From Lama guanicoe (Eukaryota), in the NCBI GenBank assembly GCA_013239625.1, contig MU053994.1, positions 1,927,589 through 1,991,588 on the forward strand: DNA of 64,000 bases, written 5' to 3'. This document shows, piece after piece, positions 1-12,547 of this stretch. Numbering within the stretch: the first letter of the stretch is position 1; each line of letters starts with the position of its first letter. Position numbers and translations under genes: made by a program. The notes under the pieces are model-generated. The model worked only from the letters and a program-made list of their open reading frames with translations, did not search any database and was not told where the DNA came from.

Positions 1-14
1 CCAGTACCTCCATT
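1..14 (+). mobile_element. 3' end of tRNA-Ala-derived SINE (vic-1-like), cut by window edge
   Basis: CCAGTACCTCCATT is identical to the end of the tRNA-like head in the full copy at 29238-29397; a purine tail follows. Confidence 0.6.
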
Positions 15-347
<333 letters not shown>

Positions 348-449
348 CCTTTCCACAAAAGATGAGAAAGATGGTAGTTGGGGGTGGGGGCAGGAGACCT
401 GGCCTGCCACATATATTAATTCTGCATCTGCTAGCATGTCCAGCACAGG

Positions 450-572
450 CTCATCTAATCCTCACCCTCAGACATGGCGCTGCCATTGTCTTCATTTAAC
501 AGATGAAAAAAAATTGAGGCTCAGAACACTTAAGTGACTCAGTCAAAGTCACACAGCTAGAAAGTGGCAAAG
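450..572 (-). mobile_element. MIR SINE fragment
   Basis: CATTTAACAGATGAAAAAAAATTGAGGCTCAGA...AAGTCACACAGCTAG matches the reverse MIR core. Confidence 0.8.
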
Positions 573-1024
573 ACAACGAGGCTGCTGCGGCAGCTGTCGC
601 GGCTCATCCCCCCCAAGCACAAGGTCAGGTGCCAAGCCCCAGGCAGTGACTCTGTAAACACCAAGTCCAAGCGCCTTCCACTACGGAGATGCTGCATGTC
701 TGTCCCTGCAGATTCCTTCCTGCTCCGTCGGGACCATTGGTGAGTATGCCTGAAGGCAAGAGGCCAGTGTTCTTAATCACCACCACCTCTGCCAAGAGCA
801 GCCCTGTTGACTCCTATGAAGCAGGCAGGCTCGACAGTGGGGCTGTCGGAAGCCTTGAGCTTGCTGGGGGTGGGGTGGCCACAGCTGAGGCACTGGGACC
901 CTCTTTTCTTTTAGTTCTGGAGCCCCAGATCCCCACACCCCAGCCTGAGCCTCCCACCTGGCCCTCCTCAGAGGCAGGCTCATTGCTGCGAGACAGTCAG
1001 GGAGGTGGGGCAACCCCTACAGCT

Positions 1025-1692
1025 TGTAAATCAGTGAGCCTTGCTATATAAAGAACCATCATCGCAAATGATGAAAAAGTTCTAGAGATGGATGGCGGTC
1101 ATGGTGGCACAGCAATGTGATTTTACTTAACGCCACTCAACCATACGTACACTTAAAAATGGTTAAAATGGCCAATTTGATGTGATATATATTTTACCGC
1201 AATAAAAAAAAAAACACCCCAAAACTTAGTGACTTAAAGCAGAAACCATTTATCAACTCATGAGCCTGTGGGTCTACAAGCTTGGGCTGGGCAAGGCTGG
1301 GCAGTTCCGCCGGACTCACCGGGGCTCGCTCACATAGCCGTGGTCAGCTGGCAGGTCTCCTGCCACTGGTTGGCCGAGGAGGGCTTCATTTATGTCTGGT
1401 GGTTGGCGCTGGTTGCCAGCCGTCTGGGCCACATACCTCCAGCTGCCTAATTCAGGCACATGTGGTCGTAACCGAGGTGTATTCCCAGCTTGGCAGCTGC
1501 GGGGCTCCCAAGAACACGAATCGAGGGTAAGCCCAATGCACGAGCACTTTTCAAACCCCTACTAGTCAGTCTGATAGTGTCCCTTTGGCCAAAGCAAATC
1601 ACACTGCCAAGCCCAGAGTCGATGTGGGAGGAGATGACACCAGGGCGTGAATATCAGGGGATATGAGCAAATTGACAGACAGCACTGCCACA
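1025..1692 (-). mobile_element. MLT1 (MaLR) solo LTR, interrupted by an L1 fragment
   Basis: TTGCTATATAAAGAACCA...CACCCCAAAACTTAGTGACTTAAA and GCAAATCACACTGCCAAGCCCAGAGTC are typical reverse-strand MLT1 motifs. Confidence 0.7.
1068..1214 (+). mobile_element. L1 3' terminus (L1MB-like) with AATAAA and poly(A)
   Basis: GATGAAAAAGTTCTAGAGATGGAT...TACACTTAAAAATGGTTAAAATGG...TATTTTACCGCAATAAAAAAAA. Confidence 0.85.
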
Positions 1693-3749
1693 CGGCTTGT
1701 CCGTGAATTACCGCTGCTACAACATACATGTGACCGCGCAGGCGCATCAATTTTCAAACAAGAAAAGAGCTGGTTGCCCAAAGCGGCAGCTACTTTAGTC
1801 ATTAAAGGCATAAGATGCCTCCAGGCAGGAGTGTGGTTTCAAAAAACGCAGACCAGAGAGAGCGAACATTCTAGCATGAAGTCTCCCCACAGAGACCCAG
1901 AACACAACCCACATCTTCAGCTCTCGGGGATTTCTGCAAGTCGAGGGGAGTGAGCCGGGTGCCCCCAGCTCTTTCCCTGCCTGGCTGGTGGCAGTGTCAT
2001 CCTCTCCCAGCTCACCCCCTCCACTCCCACAGGCAAAACGTGATTCCGAGGCCCTGTCCCCGATGATGCTGATATGCTGAAGGGCAGGGTTTGAAGGTGG
2101 TGACAAGCAGGCAGAAAATGCCTCCTTCCATTGTTTTCCTTCTGCCCGGCCTCAGGAAAGAACAGCCGGAGAATGGGGGGCTGTTCCCTTTCACAAGTGA
2201 CTCACCTGTCTTCTGGGAGGAAGGCGGGGGTGGGGGGGGTCTGTCCTGCCCCAGTCACATGTGGAAGGCCAGCCACCACAGCTCACTGGATAGCAAGAGA
2301 GACAGCCACACACACAGTGCAAGTCAGCACCGGGCGTGGACAGCCTGGCTCAGCGTCACAGAGCACTGCTGAGTGACCTTGGGCAAGTGAGTTCGCTTCA
2401 TGTGGTCTCCTCGTATAAGCGAAAATGGCTAGATTAAGCCCTCCAGCGGGGCCATCCCGAGGGTCCTATGCCCTAACCCTTGCATGCGACAGTCCAGAGC
2501 ACACAGAAGATGCTTAACAACCACGACTTGTCTTTCAAAATGGCTGTCTCTCCCAAGCCACGGGAGCAGAAAGCTTCGGTGACCTAGGCCAGGGGAGCAG
2601 GGAACAGAGGCTGTGTTTAAACTCGTGTTTGGGCAGCACGTCTAATAGCCTCCCTTCAGCCAAAGGGCCGTTATGACATGATTCCAGACAGCCTCCCTCT
2701 CCTCTGCCTGGGAGCCATCCCAAAGTCTTAGGATATTCCAACAGTCCTCGGAAACCCTACTTCCCACTCGCTGTGGCGGGGGTGGGGGAAGTGGCCAGAC
2801 AGGCAGGAGGTGTCACAGTGGCGGGGAGCAGGGGGAGGTCCCAGGGCACTGTCAGGGTACATCCCTGCAGGTTCCAGGGAACAGGTCAAATCATGGTCCC
2901 ATATACCTCCTCTCCAAAGTGTGGAAGCCATGTTATTGAAATAATTTTCATTTTCCCTTCCCTGGACTTTCCTCGACCCCGACTAAATGCCAACCCAGGG
3001 GAAGTAGGGACAAGTGAGCATTTTAATGACTTCATGTGGTAGCAGTGTCCTCCGGGACAGAGCATCCTCTAGGAGGGGAAGAAATTAGAATTCAAATAGG
3101 CTGGGGGAAGAATCTGAGGCCAGGAGATGGTGTTGTCTCATCCTGTTCCACGAGGCAGATCCCCCTCCCCCAACCCCAAATCGCCACCTCCCACATCACA
3201 TCCTGTCGGTTCACCAGATTTCACTGCTCAGCATGTTCAGCTGTCCTGAGCTGACCTGCAGCACACCCCAGGTTACCCAGGTGCTGGAACCTGGGCTCAT
3301 TTTGCATGTTGTTTCAGCAAACGTTGCTCCCACCCGTTCAGTTAGTTTATTGCAAGATCATTGGTCTCCCCACCCCCACCCAACTCCATACTCCGTTATT
3401 TATTTTTATATATCAGTGACATAATGTTTTCCTGCTCTTCCATGAGGCAACACAAAACATCTCTGCCTCCCAATTTTCACTTAGACTGGGGGGAGGGAGG
3501 GAGACAAGCGATGTCACCCTAGCACCAAGGGACACTTGGAGGCTCCCTCCCGTGGGCTGTCCCACAGGGGCCAGGAAGGATGGACTTCCTCCTTTTCCTT
3601 TTGGGTCAGGCTGGGAAGACTGCAGACCTCCTGTGGGCTCCCTGCCTCCTCGTGGCTAGGGAAATCCAGCCATTGTTAAACTGGGGAGGGAGCACATAGG
3701 TACGGAGTCGGGGCGGGGGGGCAGGAGAGGACCCTGATAAATCCCACCT

Positions 3750-4340
3750 AGCTATGAAGCTCCAAATAGGAGCTACCCTCGAGGCCCCCTTTCTCCAGGT
3801 TCAGAAACCTGGACAAATAACTCTCCGCCTCCCAGGGCCGATGCCCAGATCCGGATGGAGGGGGAGGAGAGAGTGGGCTGCGGGAGGGAGGGGGTGGCAG
3901 TGCCGCTACCGCTGCCGCCGCCCCCTGTGTATAAAACTCCCTTTGTATGCAGGTCGCCGGCTGCTCCCCATGCCAGGTGCAGCTGCCAGGATTCTCAATG
4001 CGGTTTGAACACAATTTGCCAGTGTTGGTTCAGCTCCGCTGGCTTCCAGTTGGGGGGCCATATGCTGCCTTTAATCTGCCTGTGCGATTCTCACCGATGT
4101 CAATAGGCGCGGGCGGGTGGGTGGCTCAAATGGCCGGGGAGCTGGGGCTGGGGTGGCGCTCTCACTGCTGCCAGGCGGCCGGGCTCTCCACGCCACCGAG
4201 GACCACCGGCGGGTCCTTGCGGGAGGCCGTGGCGCTGGGCGGTGGGGACAGGCGGGGCTGGCCGCTGGCAGCTGCCCCTGTGTTTGGCTATGGCGCGTGG
4301 GAGCCTCTCTGGTCGGCCATCCCCATAGCCATCATTGGCC
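3750..4340. promoter_or_regulatory. CpG-rich unique block, candidate enhancer/CNE
   Basis: Repeat-free, many retained CpGs, GC boxes and E-boxes (CAGGTG, CAGCTG, CATATG); conservation not tested. Confidence 0.35.
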
Positions 4341-4599
4341 TGCCCCTCCGCAGAGATCCCTGCCAAGGAAGTCAGCCAGGGAGGTGCCGGCGCTCAGTCC
4401 AGACTTCACATTTCCCTCATTCTTTCTTTAATTGGATTTTTGGTCCTGCTGGGCAAAATAAGCTTTCCACTGGCAAAGCACTCTTGCCTCTTCTGAACGC
4501 ACGATGGTGCCCGGCGGCTCTGGGCAGCTCTAGGCAGAGCGTCGTCTTCCTCCCCTGCCAAAATATTCATTCCTTCTCTCCAGGGACACAAGAGCATGG

Positions 4600-4795
4600 T
4601 GTGCACACACGCACGTGCACACACACACATAACCAGCCACCACATGCACACACACCCCCACCAAATGCCCACACACACCAATACCACCACATGCACACAG
4701 ACACCACATGCACACACACACCCCCTCACCACCATATGCACACATATACACCACACATACACACACACTACATACACACACAACACACATACACT
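4600..4795. repeat. Degenerate (CA)n low-complexity tract
   Basis: Directly visible. Confidence 0.9.
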
Positions 4796-5159
4796 CTGCC
4801 AGGTCCAGGCAAACTGGGCCTCCCTCCAAGAACTTGATTTTGAGGACTTCTTTGAAAACAGTGATTCTCACCAACCAGGTGAAGATCCCTGCTCCGAATG
4901 GCCCAACACCTGGCACTGTGTTCTGAGCTGGGGCCCAGAAGCCAGGTGCACCTTCAGTGGCTGCGCTGCCTCCTCCCTGGTCGTTAGACTCTCCTTCACT
5001 GAAGCCCTTAAAGTCCCAGTGCTATGACCCAGCCACAAATCGAAGTGCCAAGAAGCCATCTCCCGTCCTTCCTGGATCACCGGGCAAGCAAGCTTAGCTT
5101 GTGGGGTTGGTGGCGGGAACAGAAGACATTTGGATACTCTAAGACTTGGACTGAGCGTT

Positions 5160-5543
5160 AGGGAAGAAAGGGAGAGGAGGGAGAGAAAGAAGGGGGATGA
5201 TGGGGGAGGAGGGGAGAAGGAAGAGGATGAGAAAGGAAGGAAAAGGAGAGGAGAACGGGGAGAGGGAGAAAGGGGGGAGGGGAAGGGAGAGAGGAAGGGA
5301 AGAGGGGGAGGGGGAGGAATAGGAGGAGAGGATGAAAGGGGAGGAAGAGGAGGAGGGGGAGGGGAAGAGAAAGGAGGGAGAGGAGAGCAGAGAGGGAGGA
5401 GAGAGGAAGGATAGAGGGAGGGGAGAGGAGGTGGGGGAAAGGGGGCAGAGGAAGAACAGAGCAGGGAGGAAAAAGAGGAAATGGAGGGGAGAAAAGGAAG
5501 GGGAGGAGAAAGAGGAAGAAGAGAGAAGGAAGGGAGGGGAAAA
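5160..5543 (+). repeat. GA-rich polypurine low-complexity tract
   Basis: Directly visible. Confidence 0.9.
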
Positions 5544-5829
5544 GCCATCCCCCAACCCCACCCCTATCTGTCTTTAAAGGAGGTGTGTTTTAAATGGAGG
5601 CAGCTCTCAGGGCCAGAGGGGTTAACCGCTCCCTGCTCCTGGGATGAGCCCAGCATATTAAGGAAATGCAGTTCCTGGGATCCTCAGTCCCACGAACTCC
5701 CAGAGCCCAGCAATCTACAAGTCCGGACTCCGGAGGCCTCGCATGTCCCTATGGCTGGGCCCTTCCACCCCAGGCCTGCGAGCGTTGGAGACCTCCAAGG
5801 ACGACCTTAAGCAACCCTCGCCCCGGGGG

Positions 5830-6330
5830 GTTGTGCAGCCGCCTATTAAAATACACCGCGATCATCCCCAACTGCGGCCCGAAAAGCTGCTGACCGTCAA
5901 ATACATCACAATATTTCAGAGGCCCTGTTAACAAGCGCCCATTAAAATTTGACAACCAGGTACTAGCGCAGAAAGCGCTCATTTTGGGGGGAAAAAAAAA
6001 CTTGAGTGCTTTCTGCTGGTTCAGCAAGACAAAGCCGGTTTACCTGTCCCTCGCATTTTAAGCCCGGAGCGCGGAGGCCTTAGCTCCTGGGTGCTGCGTG
6101 GTTAATGGAATGCGGGGTGTTTATTTGCCAGGCCACATCTGAACCCGGCTTGTTAATGAGCCTGCCGTTGGAAGCTGTCAGTCAGCCTGCCTTTTTTTAA
6201 TCAAAAGATAAAACAGTCGGTTATCAAGGATTAATGACTCTTACAGCATCCATATGAGGCTCATATGTATCTTTTAAAAGAAAACGGAAGGAAGAAAAAT
6301 GACGAGATTTTGTTTCAGTAAGCAGTTTAA
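5830..6330. promoter_or_regulatory. Candidate enhancer/CNE
   Basis: Unique sequence mixing TAAT/ATTA cores, TGACAG/CTGTCA sites and retained CpGs; conservation not tested. Confidence 0.4.
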
Positions 6331-7734
6331 ATCTGCTCTGGTAAGTTGAATTCATTCATTCATTAATTCAGTCATGTGTCTGGGAGAAGCCAGCGGGAGC
6401 CCCTTCTATCATAAGAACTTCTGACTGTGAAATAAACCCCAAGTAACCAGATTAACTATGAAGTATGTCTCCGTCAAGTTTTAGGCATTAGTTCAAGTGT
6501 AGTTTCTGGGTGTTCCGGCTTATTGTAGCGAGTTGCCGATTCTGGGATTCCAGGCAGCCCTTCAGGAGGAGAAAGAGTCTCTGTTCCCTGTCTCTGGTGT
6601 CAAAATACAGCTCATGTGTGCAGTGACATGATTGTGCGCTATTGATTTAACTGAGAATATCAATATTTTAAATAGATTCCTATATGATACATATGTTTTT
6701 GCATAGCACAGAGCGTGTAAATATCTCTCCACGTCTGAACACACAGAGGCATATGGGCATGCGCACATGCACCCGTAGCACATACGTGCATGTGACTATG
6801 CAGAGAATGTGGCCACCGAAATACTCATTTAAACTGGTAGGGGCCTTTGTTTACAACAAATAGTATGATACTGGGGTCTTTTAGTTAGTAACCCAAGATA
6901 TAGTTTGGCCCCAAATAAACCTATTGGCTTTGCTCTCGTTTGAAGTGGGCCCTGTCATTTCCTAAGTTGGCTGTCTCCGTATTGGCCTCTTTGTATTCCC
7001 TGTCCTCTCTCTGAGTGCCTATGTGCTCTGGGGGATGGAAGCAATAACTTACATGAAGATACTTGAAATCACAGCCAGAAATGTCAGGGCGCTCCTTCCC
7101 ACATCACCAATGAGACACACTCAGGTTATGATGCCGGCCATTTTGGAAATTCAGTGATATTTGTGGCGATGCAGCACAGCATTCTATGCTTCAAAGAAAG
7201 GCAAATGCTGATTCTGCATTGGGCTGGGGACCACAGACAAATTTAGAAACCTCAGTGAGGTCTGTCTAGGGTGATTTAACCTCTCCGGTCTCAGGTTCCT
7301 CGTCTGTAACATGGTGATATTACACCAGATCTGCCAGCCCACTGGGGAGCCTGGAGAATTAGAGGAGAGAATAGAAATTCAAGGAAACGCCTAAAGGGGA
7401 TGATTTCAAGGTGGGGTAACAGTTGTGGGAATGGGTGTCACCTGGAAGACCTGGAACCCCAACTGCTTTGTAGATTTGTGTTCTGACCTCTGGGTTAGGA
7501 AAGGAGTCTGCTGTGGGAGGGAGTGTGGAGGAGTCCCAGTGAGAGGTTCCAGAAGCCCTGTCCTCACTAATAAAACTGTGACTTCCTGGAAGACCTTCTG
7601 GTCAACCTCATCTAGAGGGAGTTGGCAATGCAGGTGAGGGGCCATTCTGCCTACCTGGTGCCTGCTATTCCTTTTGGTAACCAAAACTCTCAAAATAGTA
7701 AAGGCTTTGCCCACAAGACACCTATTAACAACAC

Positions 7735-8485
7735 ACAGAAGAATGATCACTTTCCATCGGAGAAACCTGGCAGACATCCCCTTGACTGAATGATGGCATC
7801 AACAAACCAGCATCACATCATGTGCCTCCTGAGACAAACCATCGAGGACACAGCATTCTTTCTGCCGTCTTCTTGCCCAACATGCAGAACCTGAATCACG
7901 AGGAAACATCAGACAAACCCAAGCTGAAGGACATTTTGCATAACAACTAGCCTGTATGCGTTAAAAAGGTGAAGGTCAAGAAACTCAGCTGAAGACTGAG
8001 GAACTGTTCCAGATTAAAGGAGACCAAAGAGACATGATAATGAAATGCAATATGTGAGTCTAAATTGGATCTTGGAACAGAAAAAAAAATGTTTTTCTCT
8101 TGCTGTACAGAACAATAGCGGGACAACTGAAGAAATGTGAATGTCTGCAGATCAGATAACAGTATTATAGCAATGTTAATTTCCTGATTTTGATCATTGT
8201 ATTGTGGTTACGTAAGAGAATATCCTTGTTTCTTAAGAACTCTACCAAAATATCATCGGTACAGGGTCATCGTGTCTGCAGCTTATTCTCAAATAGTTCA
8301 CAAATATCTATATCTATGGCTATTTATCTACCTACCTATCTATATATGTCTAGAGAAAGAGAGAGAGAATAAAGGAAATTGGTACAATGCTAACCTTTGG
8401 AGAATCTGGGTGAAGCGTATATCAGAATTCTTTGTACTATTTCTGCAACTTTTCTGTGAGCCTGAAAGTGTTTTAAGCTAAGGAT
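7735..8485 (+). mobile_element. L1 3' UTR fragment (L1MC4/5-like)
   Basis: GAGAAACCTGGCAGACA, GAGGAAACATCAGACAAACCCAA, GGAACTGTTCCAGATTAAAGGAGAC, CTTTGTACTATTTCTGCAACTTTTCTGT. Confidence 0.85.
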
Positions 8486-8739
8486 TAACAAATACATAAA
8501 GGACTTTGGGTTTCTCTTTGGAGCTGTGAGGCACGAGGGGATGGGGGAGGGGGCTGGAGCCAGGCTTCGTGAGCATGAGGGTCCTCAAGGGTCAGTAGAC
8601 ATGGGTGGCCATGACCCAGCAGAGGAGAAAATGAGAGAGACAGGGCCCAGCACTGATGCTGACCTCAGCCAAAAGTGGCCTCTGGGATTTTCTGCAACAT
8701 GTACACTGAAGCAGGCTGGGAAAGTGTTCTTTCTGGCTC

Positions 8740-8816
8740 AGCGCCTGGCATGGGGCTCACCACTTAGTAGGTGGTCAATCCGGTTTCCTCGCTAAATGAA
8801 TGAATGAATGAATGAA
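8740..8816 (+). mobile_element. L2 3' tail
   Basis: GCGCCTGGCA...TAGTAGGTGGTCAAT...(TGAA)n. Confidence 0.6.
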
Positions 8817-8939
8817 CATGTTCCTCCCTACGCATCACTGGGCATCAGGCTCTACAGGTCTGAGCAGGGCGTTCAAGGAAGCTTGCTCCTGGGTTTAGTG
8901 GCCCCAGTTGGGTGAGAAGGCTTGAGCGGCAGTGGGAGT

Positions 8940-9240
8940 CAGGCTCCCTGCATTCATCCGAATGCTTATTCAAGATTCATTATTTAAGCGACAGCACATC
9001 CCCCAAATAAACACGTGCGTCTTTGCAGCCTGCAGCCCAGGAGCGCTATTAAACACACAGCAGCGAGAGGCCCAGGCCCTCTCGCTGCTGCGTGCAATTT
9101 CCAGCCGGCTCGCTATTCTTTTGTCACCGCCTTTTTATTGGTTTTCTCAAAGTGGTTACAATGCTGTTATTGTAAAAACCCTCACACCAGAAGAGCGAGA
9201 GAGGCGGCAGTGATGGGGAATGGAGCGATTTCTGCAGGGA
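8940..9240. promoter_or_regulatory. Candidate enhancer/CNE containing a hairpin
   Basis: Unique sequence; forkhead-like TAAACA, E-box CACGTG, TTTTATTG (posterior HOX/CDX-like), ACAATG (SOX-like). Confidence 0.4.
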
Positions 9241-9589
9241 GAGCCTGCAGACCCGGTGGGGGAGGCTACCTAACGAAAGGGCTGGGGGTGGGGGGAAACA
9301 GAGCCCTTTTTTTGCTCTGGTCCACTTGACCTGCTCGTAAATCCACTGGGAGCCAGGGCAGCCCTTGAATTCCCTAGAGAGTAAATGGCCTTGGTGCTTT
9401 CTGCCCCTGGGGAGGCCCCTGTAAAGAACCTCACAGCCCTTCCCCCTTCACAGCCCACCCCAGCTTCAGCTTCGGGATGCTCAGCGGCCTGGCCCCAGAT
9501 CAGGGGAGGGGGGAGGCTGGAGAACAGAAGCCAGGCTCTTGTGGGCTGTGACTTCGCCAGTATCCCCATTCCTTACCAGCAGAAAAGAC

Positions 9590-9970
9590 TTTTTTTTTTT
9601 TTCACCCCATCCCGTTATAAGTCTTGAGGTATAATTTACATGCACAGAAAAGTGCATATTTTAAGTGTCTGGACATCTCAATGACTTTTTACACTGCCCA
9701 GCTCAAGAAATTGAACAGCGCTGTCCAATACCACGTTCTGCAAAGTTGAAAATGTTCTGTATCTGTTACACGTGGCTGTTGAGCACTTGAAATATGGCTG
9801 GTGTGACTAAGGAAACGAATCTGTCATTGCATTTCATTTTAACATACCTAGCCACGTGTGACTAGTGGCTTCTATATTAGCCCAGATACAGAACATTCCC
9901 ATCATCCCAGCAAGTTCCCTGTGCTCCTTCCAATCCCCAAGAGGTAACCAGTTTTCTGACTTCCATTGCT
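9590..9970 (-). mobile_element. L1 3' end (L1M-type) split by MER3
   Basis: T-run then TTGAGGTATAATTTACAT...AAGTGCATATTTTAAGTGT; resumes at GAACATTCCCATCATCCCAG after the MER3. Confidence 0.7.
9716..9885. mobile_element. MER3 (hAT-Charlie MITE)
   Basis: Starts CAGCGCTGTCCAATA; internal GAGCACTTGAAATATGGCT and TAGCCACGTGTGACTAGTGGCT. Confidence 0.8.
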
Positions 9971-9974
9971 GAAG

Positions 9975-10170
9975 TCCCGGGCTACTCTACCTCCGACTGA
10001 CATTTGGGGACAGGCAATTGTGGGGCCGAGCTGTGCTCTGCAGAATGTTTTGCAGCTCCCTAGCCTTGACCCACTAGATGCCAATAGCAGTCACCCCCAG
10101 TGTGACAACCGAAAATGTCTCCAGACATGGCTAAATGTCCCCCAGTGTGGGTGGTAGGGTGGAGACTGAC
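9975..10170. mobile_element. MER20 (hAT-Charlie)
   Basis: ACCCACTAGATGCCAATAGCA...TGTGACAACCGAAAATGTCTCCAGACAT. Confidence 0.8.
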
Positions 10171-11744
10171 TCTTCTTTTTTAGTTTTTTGTTTGATAAAA
10201 GCTGCAAAACCTTCCAGAGCAGTCAGATTGAAAGTGCAGTTACAGTGTTTATATCGACTTCGTATATTTCCTCTTAGCCATTCTATCCTAGGAATATTTT
10301 ACCATGAGCTGAAAATGTAAATAAATAATTTTGTTTAAAAAAAAAGTGCAGCTACAATAATGACAGAGTGAAAATTGGCAGGGGCCTTGGAGACCCCTGG
10401 CCTTAGTGAGTTAGGAGTCCCGGGAGCTGAGTGTACCCAGGAGCCCCCACCGTGGGGGTGCAGCTGGTGGCTTCCCCCAGTGCTCTTTCTGCTCCAGAGC
10501 TTGTAAGAGGGGAGAGGCCACAGGTGGTTCCCCGAGGCAGGGAAGACACAGACAAGGAAGACAATTCCTGGAAAACAGTTCGTATCACAAAGGAGAATCG
10601 CACAGAAAATGTGTTCTGTAGGGAACACTCAACCTCTCCCCCTCCCCAGCCCCACCCCACTTCCAACGCGCACACCCCTTGTGCACACACCCCTCCAGTA
10701 GTGACACAGGGCAGCAGTTTGTTCTTTGCAAAGCAGAGGGGTGACATTGATGAAAAGGAAGCAAGAAGAGGTGCTTGGCTGCTACTTGGGGAGTTCCAAA
10801 TGGTTGGCTAAGGACTTGCCAACTTTTGGAGGGCAAGCCCTGCGAATATTATAAATTAGACCCTAGGAGATGGGAAATATGTCAAAGAAATAAATCCCAA
10901 TCCCCACCTCGGTGCAGCTTCTGGTCTAATTTTCGATGGAAAAGAAGTAACGTGACTCCGAAGGTGGAGATAATATAATGCCACCAGGACCTGGACACAG
11001 AGCGCTGCCTGCGTCGGGACTGACAGAGTGTGACAGGTTAATCCAGAGGGCTTACCGGGGGAAGTCGGGAATCTGAAGAGAGGGAGTGCCTGGAATTAAC
11101 CACGAGACAGAGGAAGCACCCCACCCACCAAATCAGAATGCGTGTCTTAACATGCTCTTTTGTTTGGGGCTGTTTCTGACAGCCTCATTAACACCAATGC
11201 TCTACTCAGCCGTTATCTTGGGGAAATGTTTCACCCCCCCCCAAAAAAACCTATTAATCTATTTTTAGAATCATAAGGAAGTTCCCAGTCATGAAGCAAC
11301 CTACACCCGCTAGTATAGGAAGTGTCAGTCCCTTGTGGGCCCCGAGGGAAGGGCTCTAAGGATATTACCCCGTAGAAGTCAAGGTGGTGGGGGGTGGGGG
11401 GGGTCGGGGAGGGACAGCGATAGGGGATTTAGGGGGGTCCCCTGGAGACGGCATCACCGGTTCTGTCAACGGCTCGGAAAAGAATTGGCTGGAACTGGAA
11501 AGTGGCCCCTTCTGGCACTCAGAAGACGGATCTTGGTCAACCTAGAGACAAGACTTGGTCTAATTCTCTTGGGGCTGGAACATTCTTAAGGGCACTGTCC
11601 CATGATAGAGCTCCAAGTTGGCATCTGCTCAGGGAGAAGAGACATTAGCCAGCCAGGCAATCAGGGCAGTGGGGGGGGGGGGTGGACATCACGCTGAAGA
11701 TTGTAAGCCAAATGCTCCAGGTCTGTGTTTGCGTGTTTTCTCTC

Positions 11745-11850
11745 ATTAAAATGTGAGCATCACGAGGGCAGGGACTTCAGCTGTTCTGTTCACAGCCGCA
11801 TGAACAGCTGCAGATGTGCCTGGCACGTTTCTCACCGCATGTGTTGAGCA
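11745..11850 (+). mobile_element. L2 3' fragment
   Basis: AATGTGAGCATCACGAGGGCAGGGACTT...GTGCCTGGCAC. Confidence 0.65.
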
Positions 11851-12406
11851 GCCGAAGAGCAAAGCCCTCATTTAATGCTCAGGCTGGATTGAGCCGAGCT
11901 ACTCAATCATCAGGGACGGCATAGTATTTGGGAGCAAAGAAGGCCGGCTCAGGGTGTGGCAGAGAAACATGAAGTGCCCATGACACCAGCGTGACAGTCT
12001 CAGGGGGTGACCAGAGCAAGGAGCCCAAGGGGAAGATGGCTTCACTGAAGTTTCAAGGTCCAGCCGTGTTCTCAGCCCTTTGGTGCTAATTCAGCTTTTC
12101 CTTGCTGGTTTCTGTGGGGCAGTGACTCTCATTACACTCATCACTGCCTTTATGTGGCCTCCTTCATTATCCAGGCCCCTGACCCTTCAAGGTATGAAGA
12201 CAAGCAGGTTTCCAGGAAAGAAAGGCTCCAGAGAGGCAGGGGCAGCCGGACCTCCAAACTTCCCTCCCAGAAGGTCCCTTCCTCTTGTGGTTTGCACCTA
12301 GCAGGCTTGGCCACCCCCAGGAATGACACCCCTTGTGACTGGTCCCTGAAGGACAGACTACTTTTCTTTGTTCCACTTCAGCAGAGCTGAGACAGGCAGA
12401 CATTTT

Positions 12407-12547
12407 ATTTGTGCATTTAAAACATAACTTTTATTATCTTTTTTTTTAATGGAGGTACCGGGGATTGAACCCAGGACCCCGTGCATGCTAAGCACGTGCT
12501 CTGCCACTGAGCTCTACCCTCCCCCCCACCCTCCCACCCCCCACCAT
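12407..12547 (-). mobile_element. tRNA-Ala-derived SINE (vic-1-like) with 12-bp TSD
   Basis: Reverse A box and B box visible (CCACTGAGCT, GATTGAACCC); perfect TSD GGCAGACATTTT at 12395-12406 and 12548-12559. Confidence 0.92.

Noticed and set aside
3947..4837. Longest ORF (296 aa)
   Set aside because: No recognisable domain; stays open because of high GC and the (CA)n tract (His/Thr runs).
4868..5577. Pro/Ser/Leu-rich and Gly/Glu/Arg-rich ORFs on both strands
   Set aside because: Artefacts of the polypurine tract.
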